Origin: Clostridia bacterium
GTDB taxonomy: Bacteria > Bacillota > DSM-521 > Neomoorellales > SLTJ01
Length of the DNA: 64,000 nucleotides
Reading direction: 5' to 3'
Assembly: GCA_024653205.1 (NCBI GenBank)
Contig: JANLFO010000005.1
Location: 65,284-129,283, forward strand
This document shows positions 36,944-45,993 of this stretch, piece by piece. Numbering within the stretch: position 1 is the first letter of the stretch; every line of letters starts with the position of its first letter. Both the position numbers and the translations under genes were made by a program. The notes beneath the pieces were generated by a model that saw only the letters and a list, made by a program, of their open reading frames with translations, had not been told where the DNA came from and searched no databases.

Positions 36944-36972
36944 AAGATAAATCCTTCAAGGGGTCTTGTCAA
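36944..36972 (-). promoter_or_regulatory. candidate sigma-A promoter for the nitroreductase-agr operon
   Basis: On the minus strand: TTGACA (36972..36967), a 17-nt spacer, then TATCTT, in an unusually AT-rich patch. Confidence 0.45.
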
Positions 36973-37046
36973 GCTTTTCCTATTCGATTCGGGGTCATGC
37001 TCGGTTCGTCGGGCGTTTTCGGGCCGAGGGGCCCGGGTCGCGCGGG

Positions 37047-37310
37047 CTACTGCTCTTGCGGGGAGCCGGCGGGAGGGTGCCGGGGCGCGTGAACGATGGT
37101 CAGGCTGTTTACTACCAGTTCCTCTTCGGACACCAGCTTGCCGTCGGCGTAGCGGCGGTGGCGGATTTCCGCCCGGGGCACGTAGGCGGAAACCTCGTGG
37201 GGCAGGTCGCGAACGATCCGGCGCCGCAGGAGCAGGCACACCTCCCCCACCCGGATGGCCACCTCGTCCCAGTTGGCCTCCCCGCCCGGCTCCGGCACCG
37301 CCACGCCCAC
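37047..37310 (-). CDS. small hypothetical protein downstream of copA
   Basis: Strong G/C third-position bias across VGVAVPEPGGEANWDEVAIRVGEVCLLLRRRIVRDLPHEVSAYVPRAEIRHRRYADGKLVSEEELVVNSLTIV. No family was recognised and the start is uncertain. Confidence 0.3.
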   Translation of the reverse strand: MGVAVPEPGGEANWDEVAIRVGEVCLLLRRRIVRDLPHEVSAYVPRAEIRHRRYADGKLVSEEELVVNSLTIVHAPRHPPAGSPQEQ

Positions 37311-37530
37311 CGGGGGCTGCGGGGACCGGTCTCGCCGCCGGCCGGCCTGTTTCCTCCACCAGCCCACAGCCGCACCTCCCCGCTGGATTAATATGCCAGC
37401 CCGGCGGGAACGGTGCCCTCCCGTGTCGACAGCACCGGACCCCAGCTCGCGGCGGCCGCAGGCCGGCTCCGTCATCCCCTTCTCATGCCTGCCCCGCCGG
37501 CCGAGTGAAAGCAAGGCCGGCCAGGCGGAT

Positions 37531-40026
37531 CTACCGCCGGAAATAGGCGGGGCGGATGTCGACCCGGCGCAGGCGGTTGGCGTTGGTCACCACCGTTACC
37601 GAAGAAACCGCCATGGCCGCCTCGGCCAAGAGCGGGTGCATCCAGCCGACGACCGCCAGGGGGATCATTATTAGGTTGTAGAAGAAGGCCCAGAAGAGGT
37701 TCTGCTTGATCTTGCGGAAGGCCGCCCGGCTAAGGTTTAAGGCCTCCACCACCCCGGAAAGCTCTCCCCGGACCAGGGTCACCTCCCCGGCTTCGATGGC
37801 CACGTCCGTGCCGGTGCCGAGGGCAATGCCCACCTCCGCCTGGGCTAAGGCGGGGGCGTCGTTAATGCCGTCGCCCACAAAGGCCACCGGGCCCAACTCC
37901 TCCCGCAGCTTCCTTATCTCCGCCACCTTGCCGTCCGGCAGCACCTCCGCCACTACCCGCTCGATCCCCAGGCGGCGGGCCACGGCCTCGGCGGTACGCC
38001 GGTTATCGCCGGTGACCAGGGCCGCGGCCAGGCCCAGGCGGCGCAGCTCGGCCACCGCGGCGGCGGCGTCTTCCTTCAAGGTATCGGCCAGCGCCACCAG
38101 GCCCAGCGCCCGCGGCTGCGGGTCCAGGTCCGCCACAAACAGCACCGTCTTTCCCTCGGCCTCCAGAGCCTCCGCCCGGGGCAGGAGCTCGCCAACCTCC
38201 ACTCCCTGCTCTTCCAGAAACGGCCGGGAGCCCACCACTACCCGGCGATCCTCCAGGCGGGCCGCCACGCCCTTGCCGGGAAAGGCCCGGAATTCGGTGG
38301 GCTCGGACAGGCTGAGCCCCTCAGAATGGGCCCGCCTCACCACCGCCCGGCCCAGGGGGTGCTCGCTACCACCCTCGGCCGAGGCGGCGAGACGCAAGAG
38401 GGAGGCCTCGTCCCCGCCCGGCAGGGGAACCAGGTCCGTCACCTCGGGCTCGCCCCGGGTGAGGGTGCCGGTCTTGTCGAAGACCACCGCCTTAACCCCC
38501 TTGAGGGCCTGGAGGGCGGCCCCGGAGCGAAAGAGTATGCCGTGCTGCGCCCCCAGCCCCGTGGCCACCAAGAGCGTCGTGGGGGTGGCCAGGCCCAGGG
38601 CGCAGGGGCAGGCGATGACCAGCACCGCCACCGCCGCTACTACCGCTAAAGTTACCGTGCCCAGACTCGGGTTGACCCAGGGAAGAAAGGCCCCCGCCCG
38701 GGCAAACCAGGACATGCCCTGGGGAAAGGCCAGCCAGAGAACCAGCGTGGCCGCCGCCAGCATCAGCACCACGGGGACGAAAACCCCGGTTATGCGGTCG
38801 GCCAGCTCCTGCACCGGCACCTTGGAGCCCTGGGCTTCCTCCACCAGCCGGATCACCTGGGCCACGAAGGTATCCCGGCCCACCCGCGTGGCCCGCACCT
38901 TAAGCAGCCCCTCCCGGTTGATGGTGGCGCCGATGACTTCATCCCCCGGCTTTTTGTAGACCGGTAAGGGCTCGCCGGTGGCCATGGATTCGTCCACCGC
39001 GCCCTCGCCCTCCGCCACCACCCCGTCGGTGGGGATCTTCTCCCCCGGCCGCACTACCATAAGATCGCCCACCGCCACCGCTTCCACGGGCACTTCCACT
39101 TCCGACCCGTTGCGGAGCACCCGGGCGGTCTTGGCCCCGACCTCCAGCAGCCGGCGGATGGCCTGGGAGGAGCGGCCTTTGGCCACCTCTTCCACGTAGC
39201 GGCCGGTGAGGTGGAAGGCCATGATCATGGCCGCCACCCCGGCGTAGCTGGCCACGGGGAAGAAGAAAGAGGCCGGACCGGTCAGCCAGGATACCAACGT
39301 GCCCAGCGCGATGAGAGTATCCATATTGGCGTAGCCCCGCCGCAGGGCCCCGAAACCGCGCCGGTAGGTATCCCGGCCCACCCAGACCAGCACCGGCAGG
39401 GCGAGCAGGATCATGCCCAGGCGAAAGGCGGCCTCGCTGGGCCAGGCGATCCCCCAGAACATTTCCGGGAGCATCCAGATTATCAGCGGAAGGGTGAAGC
39501 CCCAGGCCGCCAGCAGGCGGAAGCGGGCCTCCCGCATCCTAAGCTCCGCCTCATCCTCCGCCGCTTTTCCCTCCCTACCCCCTTCCGCCGAAGCCGCCGA
39601 AGGAGCCTCCAACACCTGGTAGCCGGCTTCGGTCACCGCCCTTCGCAGGTCTTCATCTGCCACCGCTCCGGGAACAAAGCTCACCGCCGCCTTACCCGCC
39701 GCGAGATTCACCCCCGCCCGCACCACTCCCGGCAGCCCGGCCAGGGCCTTTTCCACCCGGGCGGCGCAGGCGGCGCAGTGCATCCCGCCGATGTTAAGCA
39801 CCACCGTCTCCTCGGGCACCCGGTAGCCTGCCTCTTCCACCGCCTTCACCAGTCGGCCGGTCTCGAGACGGCGGGGATCGACGGTCAGGGCCGCCTTGCC
39901 GGTGGCCAGGTTAACGCTGACCTCCTCCACGCCCTCCAGCTTGGCCAGGGCCTTCTCCACCCGGGCGGCGCAGGCGGCGCAGTGCATCCCCTGCACGGGA
40001 ACGATCACCTTACGGGGTTCGGCCAT
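37531..40026 (-). CDS. copA: copper-translocating P1B-type ATPase with two N-terminal HMA domains
   Basis: Two [15 protein letters not shown] motifs, plus CPC ([11 protein letters not shown]), DKTGT, and [11 protein letters not shown] after AGGTGA. Confidence 0.95.
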   Translation of the reverse strand: MAEPRKVIVPVQGMHCAACAARVEKALAKLEGVEEVSVNLATGKAALTVDPRRLETGRLVKAVEEAGYRVPEETVVLNIGGMHCAACAARVEKALAGLPGVVRAGVNLAAGKAAVSFVPGAVADEDLRRAVTEAGYQVLEAPSAASAEGGREGKAAEDEAELRMREARFRLLAAWGFTLPLIIWMLPEMFWGIAWPSEAAFRLGMILLALPVLVWVGRDTYRRGFGALRRGYANMDTLIALGTLVSWLTGPASFFFPVASYAGVAAMIMAFHLTGRYVEEVAKGRSSQAIRRLLEVGAKTARVLRNGSEVEVPVEAVAVGDLMVVRPGEKIPTDGVVAEGEGAVDESMATGEPLPVYKKPGDEVIGATINREGLLKVRATRVGRDTFVAQVIRLVEEAQGSKVPVQELADRITGVFVPVVLMLAAATLVLWLAFPQGMSWFARAGAFLPWVNPSLGTVTLAVVAAVAVLVIACPCALGLATPTTLLVATGLGAQHGILFRSGAALQALKGVKAVVFDKTGTLTRGEPEVTDLVPLPGGDEASLLRLAASAEGGSEHPLGRAVVRRAHSEGLSLSEPTEFRAFPGKGVAARLEDRRVVVGSRPFLEEQGVEVGELLPRAEALEAEGKTVLFVADLDPQPRALGLVALADTLKEDAAAAVAELRRLGLAAALVTGDNRRTAEAVARRLGIERVVAEVLPDGKVAEIRKLREELGPVAFVGDGINDAPALAQAEVGIALGTGTDVAIEAGEVTLVRGELSGVVEALNLSRAAFRKIKQNLFWAFFYNLIMIPLAVVGWMHPLLAEAAMAVSSVTVVTNANRLRRVDIRPAYFRR

Positions 40027-40041
40027 ATAGCTCACCTGCTT

Positions 40042-41652
40042 TCAGCGTTCATCCTCTCTCGCTTTCAGTTGCTCGAGCAACCGCTCTATCTCCTCTAGCT
40101 TTTGCTGTATCTGGCGCACCAAATCCTCTCGGGCCTCCGGCACCGCCCCGGCCGGACCGGAGGGCGGCACCGGCCTTCCGGCCAGGAAGGCGGCCACCTC
40201 GGCATCGGTTTCTAGCTCCACCACGCTGTTGTTCCGGCTGTCCACAAAAGCCTGATAGGCCACGCCCGCGTAGTCCTGGGGGATAACCGCCGTTTTCCAA
40301 TAGAGCACGCCCTCCTTGACCACGGGCAGCGGCTCCACCATGTTGAAGAGGCTCCAGTCCACCAGGGGGTTGGCCCGGCGCACGTAGTCCAGGGCCCGAA
40401 TGGGGCCGGTGAGCACCTGGTCCTCGGGCAGCTCGAAAAGCTCGATCCGGCCGGTGCGCGCGTCCACCAGGAAGATCTTGAAAATGCCGTGGCTCTGGCC
40501 GTAGGGCTCGGTGCTTATGAACCACTTCAGGCCCTCCGCGGTATCCAGGAGGAAGGGCTGCTTGTTCTCCCCCACGTCCTGGATCTCAATCTGGTCCCGG
40601 TGCAGGAAGAAGCGGTTGATAACCCCGTTTTTGTACTGGTAGGCATCCACGTAAGTGCGGGCCAGATGCTCGGGGAAAATCAAGTTGTCCTGGAGCACCG
40701 GGTGGGAGAGCGCCTCCGCCGGCGGCACCAGGGCGATGTGGCCCTGGGTATCCACCACAAAGGAGCCGGCGAAAACCGGCACCGCGTAGACCAGCCCCCA
40801 CCGGAAGCCGTAGTCATAGGCGATGGCGGGAGCTACGGTATAGATCTCGCCGTCCTTAGGAATATAGTACGTCTCCTCGGTGTTGACCCAGTAGCGCACC
40901 CGGAATAGGTTCCACCAGAGGCTGTCGGTGACCTTCATCCCCTCGCCGATCCGCATTTGCTTCCAAACCATTTGCGAGTTGCGCTCCTGGGTGGTGGCGT
41001 CCACGTAGGCCATGCCGGCGTTCTTGGCGGTGAATACCAGCACCAGGCCGTCCGGCACCAGCGGAAAGGTATAGCAAAGCTTGCCGTTGATCCGGGCTAT
41101 GTGCTCGGTCCCCAGCTTGTACTGGCTCAACTGCAGGGCGTCGCGGGCGTAACGGCGGGCCACCACCTCGGGCATGAGCCGCAGGTTCGCGGTGGCGTCG
41201 GGCAACCGCTCGATCCGGTGATACTCCACCCGGGAAACGATGTCCAACTGCCGGGCCACCTGGGCCAGCAGGGGCAGAAAAATCAACAAGACCGGCAGCA
41301 CTACCCAGTAGGAAAGCCAGAGGGTGCGGAAGCGCATCTGTCCCCGTTCCCCGGTCTTCCGGCCTTTATCGTCCTTCTTTTCGTACTCCCAAATCTTGAC
41401 GCCGGTCCAGCGCCGGCGAAACCAGAGGAAGTGGAGCGCCAGCCAGATGGCGAGGGCCTCGAAAACGGCCGGATGGGTATAACAGAACATGAGCGGCGCG
41501 TGCCACCAGGTACGCAGGTACCAGAGCAGCAGCGCAAGGACCGCTATTTCTAGGGCTACCAGCCAGGCCCGCCGCCGCCAAAGCCAATCTCGCCGGCCTG
41601 TCCGGCTCCCGCCCGCCGTAGGCCCCAAAGTACCGCCGGTATCCTTGGTCAT
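40042..41652 (-). CDS. membrane-anchored protein of unknown function (N-terminal TMs, large extracytoplasmic domain, C-terminal coiled coil)
   Basis: 536 aa with good codon bias. Three to four N-terminal TM helices and a C-terminal LVRQIQQKLEEIERLLEQLKAREDER. Ends 15 nt before the copA start. A faint resemblance to UPF0182-type proteins is unverified. Confidence 0.7.
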   Translation of the reverse strand: MTKDTGGTLGPTAGGSRTGRRDWLWRRRAWLVALEIAVLALLLWYLRTWWHAPLMFCYTHPAVFEALAIWLALHFLWFRRRWTGVKIWEYEKKDDKGRKTGERGQMRFRTLWLSYWVVLPVLLIFLPLLAQVARQLDIVSRVEYHRIERLPDATANLRLMPEVVARRYARDALQLSQYKLGTEHIARINGKLCYTFPLVPDGLVLVFTAKNAGMAYVDATTQERNSQMVWKQMRIGEGMKVTDSLWWNLFRVRYWVNTEETYYIPKDGEIYTVAPAIAYDYGFRWGLVYAVPVFAGSFVVDTQGHIALVPPAEALSHPVLQDNLIFPEHLARTYVDAYQYKNGVINRFFLHRDQIEIQDVGENKQPFLLDTAEGLKWFISTEPYGQSHGIFKIFLVDARTGRIELFELPEDQVLTGPIRALDYVRRANPLVDWSLFNMVEPLPVVKEGVLYWKTAVIPQDYAGVAYQAFVDSRNNSVVELETDAEVAAFLAGRPVPPSGPAGAVPEAREDLVRQIQQKLEEIERLLEQLKAREDER

Positions 41653-41710
41653 GAAAAACCCCCCTGCCCAGTTCTTCTGATGCCTGGCACCACTTCCAGG
41701 CCTCCCCGGC

Positions 41711-42145
41711 CTAGCCCCTCCCGATCAGCCATATACCCAGAACGATCAGCGCCGCTCCCAGGCCCCGGCCTAAGGTTATCTTCTCGCCCAGCAACAGCAC
41801 CGCCAACATCATAGCTACTAGGGGGTAGGCGGCCACCACCGGGGCCACGTTCGCCACCTGCCCCACCTTGAGGGCTTGGAAGTAGGCAAAGTGCCCCACC
41901 AGCGCCGCGGCCAACCCCTCTGCCGCCAGCAAGGCCCAGATGCGCCAATCAAGGTTCTTCAGGCCCCCGAGGCTCATCGTGGCCGCGCCGACCACCGATA
42001 GGGCCGCCAGGACCGCCAAGGTCCGCACGAATAGGGCGGCGAACGGGTCGCTCTTGACCAAGCCCATCTTGGCAAAAACCGGCCCCAGACCCCAAAAGAA
42101 CGCGGCCAGTATCGCCCACGTAAACCAAGTCACTTTCCGCCTCAC
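41711..42145 (-). CDS. single-EamA-domain (DMT superfamily) small membrane transporter
   Basis: 144 aa, 4-5 TM helices. FFWGLGPVFAKMG and EKITLGRGLGAALIVLGIWL are typical of EamA. Confidence 0.8.
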   Translation of the reverse strand: MRRKVTWFTWAILAAFFWGLGPVFAKMGLVKSDPFAALFVRTLAVLAALSVVGAATMSLGGLKNLDWRIWALLAAEGLAAALVGHFAYFQALKVGQVANVAPVVAAYPLVAMMLAVLLLGEKITLGRGLGAALIVLGIWLIGRG

Positions 42146-42302
42146 CCCGCACTAGAATCTTCGGAAACGGGGGGCCGGCGACGAACAACGGCTCTCAGAC
42201 CCCTCAAAGGTTAAAAGGCCGACCACGGAAACCCTCAGGAACCTGTGGCGAACGGATGGGGAGAAGGGAAAGGAGGTCCCCGCCACCTCGTCTAACCCCG
42301 TC

Positions 42303-42686
42303 CTATACTATGAGATCCAGGCAGTGGGTGGTGCCGGCGGTGCCGTCCTCCCGGAAGAAGATGCCGGTTCGCCGGATTCTTCCCTGTACCTGGTTCTGGC
42401 CGTCCCGGAGGTTAAAGGCGCCGGGCGCGTAGGCGAGGTAAATGGCCCCTATCCCCACTTCTCCCAGGGCCAGGAACCTGGCCTCTCCCGTGCCGTCCCA
42501 GCACCAGAGGCGCAGCCGGGTAAACACCGGATCGGCCTCGTCTATCCACCCGTTACCGTCGGCATCGTAGGCGGCCAGGTCGGCGTAACCGTTCCCGCTC
42601 CGGGGACCGAACAGTTCCCGCCGTGGGTGACGGCGCCGTCGCGGCTTCCGCCCCGTGGCCTTCGGCCCGTCTTCACCCTCGCCCAC
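42303..42686 (-). CDS. hypothetical protein with an EF-hand-like Ca-binding loop
   Basis: YDADGNGWIDEADPVFTRLRLWCWDGTG..GIGAIYLAYAPGAFNLRDGQNQVQGRIRRTGIFFREDGTAGT resembles a conserved uncharacterised family. The start is uncertain (GTG chosen). Confidence 0.4.
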   Translation of the reverse strand: MGEGEDGPKATGRKPRRRRHPRRELFGPRSGNGYADLAAYDADGNGWIDEADPVFTRLRLWCWDGTGEARFLALGEVGIGAIYLAYAPGAFNLRDGQNQVQGRIRRTGIFFREDGTAGTTHCLDLIV

Positions 42687-42972
42687 CCCGAGTTCGGTGC
42701 CCGGCAAGGCTGCGGCGGCGCGGCGGAGAGAAGAAGGCGTAGTCCTGGGGATCCACCAAACCCCAGTCCTGGAGGAGGTGCAAGGTGGCCTCCAAGGCGG
42801 CTTCTTCACCCAGGAGGTGCCGGATCATCCGGACGTATTCGGCGTTATGGCTGACGTACCGGTGCCGCGGCCCCAGCCTTTCGATGGCCCGGTCCATCAG
42901 AAGGTGGACCAAGGGGTCAGCGTGACCCAGGAGGGCCCGGGCCGCCTTAAGGTGCTCCTGTCGGCGGGGCAC
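42673..42972 (-). CDS. small helical hypothetical protein
   Basis: GTG start 6 nt after AAGGAGAAGG. His-rich helical sequence (HLKAARALLGHADPLVHLLMDRAIERLGPRHRYVSHNAEYVRMIRHLL). Confidence 0.4.
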   Translation of the reverse strand: MPRRQEHLKAARALLGHADPLVHLLMDRAIERLGPRHRYVSHNAEYVRMIRHLLGEEAALEATLHLLQDWGLVDPQDYAFFSPPRRRSLAGHRTRGGRG

Positions 42973-43276
42973 CGGAATCCTTCTCCTTGAAAAGCTTCTC
43001 CAAATCACCCAACAGCAGGTCGGGAATGACGGCACTGCGCTCCAGCACGTCGCTGGCCTTGGCTACCCAGCGCTGCCAGATCACCCGCAGGTGCTCGTCG
43101 CTCATGGTGGGTGCCGGCGTCTTGCCCTTGCCCTCGCCTTCGATGTAGAAGATCTCGGAAGGCTTGGTCTCCTTAAGCCACTTGACCACGGCGCCCAGGG
43201 TTTCCAAAGCGGCCAGCCTTCTTTCGTCCATGGCGGCCCTTATCTCCCGGATATCCAAGGCTGTAACCCCCTTCAA
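42947..43276 (-). CDS. hypothetical protein
   Basis: 109-aa ORF with coding-like composition (LETLGAVVKWLKETKPSEIFYIEGEGKGK...). The start could be either TTG 43276 or ATG 43231. Confidence 0.45.
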   Translation of the reverse strand: MKGVTALDIREIRAAMDERRLAALETLGAVVKWLKETKPSEIFYIEGEGKGKTPAPTMSDEHLRVIWQRWVAKASDVLERSAVIPDLLLGDLEKLFKEKDSGAPPTGAP

Positions 43277-43653
43277 AAGATTCTTCTGTCCTTCTTATTC
43301 CCTGTGCTAGGGGGTATTCCTGCTTCGGACCGGCCGAAGGTGGTCGGCCATGAACCGGGATGCCTTTGGTGCGGCCCTCAACCACGATACGATACGGGAG
43401 TTGCTGCTGGCCACCAAGACCTACGAAACCATAATGGGACCCTTTTAAGTATGATCCGTCCGCTTCTTCCAGGGTCATCTAGGACAGATTAGGATAATGG
43501 CAGAAGCGCCCCCCTACTGAAGCCGCCTGAGCCGAAGCCTGCGCCCAAGAGGGAATAGAGTGAGTAGGCCTACAGTAGCGGGCTGGCTACCGCTCGGCCG
43601 GCCGGAAGCTCACCTCCGAGGAAGAAGCCTTGGCCGCTCGTAGGCGGGAAAGC

Positions 43654-43682
43654 TTGACTCGGCCTGAGCAGTGCACTATAAT
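43654..43682 (+). promoter_or_regulatory. sigma-A promoter for the tRNA-Ala/tRNA-Val pair
   Basis: TTGACT (43654..43659), an exact 17-nt spacer, then TATAAT (43677..43682), 14 nt before tRNA-Ala. Confidence 0.75.
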
Positions 43683-43695
43683 GAAGCTGCGCGGT

Positions 43696-43771
43696 GGGCG
43701 TGTAGCTCAGCTGGGAGAGCGCTAGAATCGCACTCTAGAGGTCACGGGTTCGAATCCCGTCACGTCCACCA
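43696..43771 (+). tRNA. tRNA-Ala (anticodon CGC), CCA encoded
   Basis: Hand-folded cloverleaf: acceptor GGGCGTG/CACGTCC with the G3:U70 Ala identity pair, anticodon loop AUCGCAC and T-loop TTCGAAT. Confidence 0.9.
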
Positions 43772-43782
43772 GGAAGGCACAC

Positions 43783-43858
43783 GGGGCTGTAGCTCAGTGG
43801 TGAGAGCGCCTGACTCACATTCAGGAGGTCACAGGTTCAAATCCTGTCAGCCCCACCA
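43783..43858 (+). tRNA. tRNA-Val (anticodon CAC), CCA encoded
   Basis: Cloverleaf: acceptor GGGGCTG/CAGCCCC, anticodon loop CUCACAU and T-loop TTCAAAT. Confidence 0.9.
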
Positions 43859-43864
43859 GGAAAG
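43816..43864 (+). repeat. direct repeat copy 1 (attL-like), the 3' part of tRNA-Val from the anticodon onward
   Basis: 49 nt CACATTCAGGAGGTCACAGGTTCAAATCCTGTCAGCCCCACCAGGAAAG recurs at 46641..46689 with one mismatch. Looser similarity continues for about 20 nt (GTCAAGGCTTCGCGGTTT vs TCAAGGGCTTGCGGGTTT). Confidence 0.85.
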
Positions 43865-43978
43865 CCAGCAATGTCAAGGCTTCGCGGTTTCGGTAGATCG
43901 TGATAAAGGTAAAAACTGGGAATTCGTCACATTTTCGTCACCGAAATCCGCAAAGCCCGCTTGCCCGGTGGAACGCAC

Positions 43979-44623
43979 CTACCGGGTTTTCTTTTTGGAA
44001 GACCTGCCGAAGAGGTAGGCGTTGAGGCGTTCCGCCTCCTTCTGGTCGATCCTCTCCGGGATGTAGTGGTGATAAACCAACGGGTCACCCAGGCCCGGCC
44101 GATCTTTGAGCCCACTACTACACCCGCCGCGGCGGGCTTGTCCCAGCTCACCTGCTGCAGCGTATCGCGGAGCTCGTTGGGCCGCCGCCCAGCGGGCGGA
44201 CCCGTGCGTGGCCACTTTAGCCGCCTCGGGTTCCCCGCGCTTGGCGGGCCAGCCGCTCCGCCAGGCCCAGCGCAGGAGAGGGAAGGCGACCAGCGCCCAG
44301 GGAATCTGGGTGAACCAGAAGCCAGGCGGGTGCTCCCGCCATAGATCCCATACCATGTGGCATATGCGCATCCGGCCGTCGGCCAAAGGTTTGGCCAGAT
44401 AGGCCAGGAGTTCCGGGTAGCGCATGGCGGGTTTCAACGGCGGCCAGACGGTTTTCGGAAGCAGATACAAAACAGGGGTGAGCGCCAGGTCCGCTATCAT
44501 GATCGCAAAGATCGGCCATAGTACCAGGACCCGCTGCCAGGTCAGCACCTTGCGCCTGACCAGCCATACCAGAAGGAAAAGCAGGGCGAACGGCCAAAGC
44601 AAAAACGGTAACACGAAAGGCAT
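43979..44623 (-). pseudogene. truncated type IV coupling protein (VirD4/TraG-like) fragment
   Basis: N-terminal TM helices followed by the THGSARWA motif typical of VirD4/TraG. The ORF ends after 214 aa with no P-loop ATPase domain. Confidence 0.5.
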
Positions 44624-44627
44624 ATCC

Positions 44628-45328
44628 TCACCTCCCTCTTTCTTCCCGGGCCCTCTCCTCCGCCCGGGCCGCCTCGCGAGCGCTTGCCAGCTCCGCCTGG
44701 GCCTCCGCGCGCAGCCGCTCCCGCTCGATCCCGCGCCAGGCGGCGCGCCAGAGGGACCGGCTGATTGGCTCCTGGGCCGCCCGGTCCTCCCGGCCCGCCC
44801 GGTTGAGGGCCGCAGCGGCCCGGACTACGCTCTGCGCCACCCGATTCCGAAGGTCGGTATAGGCTTTTTCGGCCGCCTGATCCAAAGTCTGAGGCTTCCG
44901 GGAGTAGTGCGACGCGAGTTCGCGGGCCAGCTCCGCGTACCGGTTGGCAGACTTGGCGAAGCCGGGTTGCCGGAGCAGCCAGTCCGCGATCTCCCTGGCC
45001 CGGGCTTTGACCGGCTCGGGCATGTAGGCCAGGGCTGCGCGGCCCTTCCCCGGCATGGCGGCGGCCAAAGCGGCAAGCTTTTGGGCCAGCTCCTCCTGGT
45101 TGCCCTGCCGCAGGGTGTCTTCGGTGGTTTAATCGCCCTCCTTATGGCACGGTCCAACGCGTCCCGTCCTTCTATTACGGCGCGCTCCGCCAGGCCTTGG
45201 GCGAGAAAATCCCGCGCTGGGTTCGCCACCGATAAACCCCGGCGGGTAGCTTCGGCCTGAAGCGCAACGTAAAGGTCGTCGGTCATCCAGATGTCTAGGC
45301 GGCGCTTAAACCTCCCATGTTGCCGCAT
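44628..45328 (-). pseudogene. ribbon-helix-helix (CopG/MobC-like) mobilisation protein, apparently frameshifted near 45125-45135
   Basis: The RHH-like N-terminus (RRLDIWMTDDLYVALQAEATRRGLSVANPARDFLAQGL) is in one frame. A coding-looking continuation (TEDTLRQGNQEELAQKLAALAAAMPGKGRAALAYMPEPVKARAREIADWLL...) is in another frame, directly after a TAA. Confidence 0.4.
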
Positions 45329-45671
45329 GTCCGGTATCACCTCCGGAGATGAATATCGAAAAACGGCAGGACGTGTCGGAATACTGTCCGGTCAAATTCC
45401 CGCCCGCATGACTTATATTCCGGTAAAATGTCCGCCCTAAATTAACTAAGCTGCGCGCGGCACTGCCGCGCGTGTGTCCGGCGGTCCTTCAGGACCGCTT
45501 AACCTGCCCATTCGGACCGGACCGGGAAAGCCGGTCCGGGTAGGGCACGAAGACGCGAATGAGGTGTTCAGTTATGGGGACGGGGGCCGTCTCCCGCAGG
45601 GGGACCGTGACCGCCTTGACGTTGTTGGAGGAAGCTGTAACACCTGTAACCGCCGGTTCCACTTAGCGCGC

Positions 45672-45700
45672 TTGCTTTTGCCTGAAAGTTAGGGTATAAT
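45672..45700 (+). promoter_or_regulatory. sigma-A promoter for phd/vapC
   Basis: TTGCTT (45672..45677), a 17-nt spacer, then TATAAT (45695..45700). A GGAGGTGG Shine-Dalgarno sequence follows. Confidence 0.7.
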
Positions 45701-45723
45701 GCCTTTACTGGAGGTGGTCATCC

Positions 45724-45993
45724 GTGATGACCATAAGCGTAAGCCAGGCGAAAGCGAGGTTTCTGGAGCTTGTCCGGCGCGCCGAGAATAACGAGGGTGC
45801 CATCGTCGAAAAGAAGGGTGTCCCGGTGGCCGCCGTTGTTCCTTACAGGGAATACGCCAGAATGAGGCGAATCCAGAGCTACCTGGCCCTGCGCAGGCTC
45901 CGTCGGATCGCCGCGGGCACGGGGCTGACGGCGGAGGAAATCTACCGGGAGTCCCGGCGCGAGCTTGAAACCAGAGGCACCCATGAGCACTAA
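45724..45993 (+). CDS. Phd/YefM-family type II antitoxin
   Basis: ISVSQAKARFLELVRRAENNEGAIVEKKGVPVAAVVPYREY is the canonical Phd/YefM N-terminal fold sequence. Confidence 0.85.
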   Translation: MMTISVSQAKARFLELVRRAENNEGAIVEKKGVPVAAVVPYREYARMRRIQSYLALRRLRRIAAGTGLTAEEIYRESRRELETRGTHEH

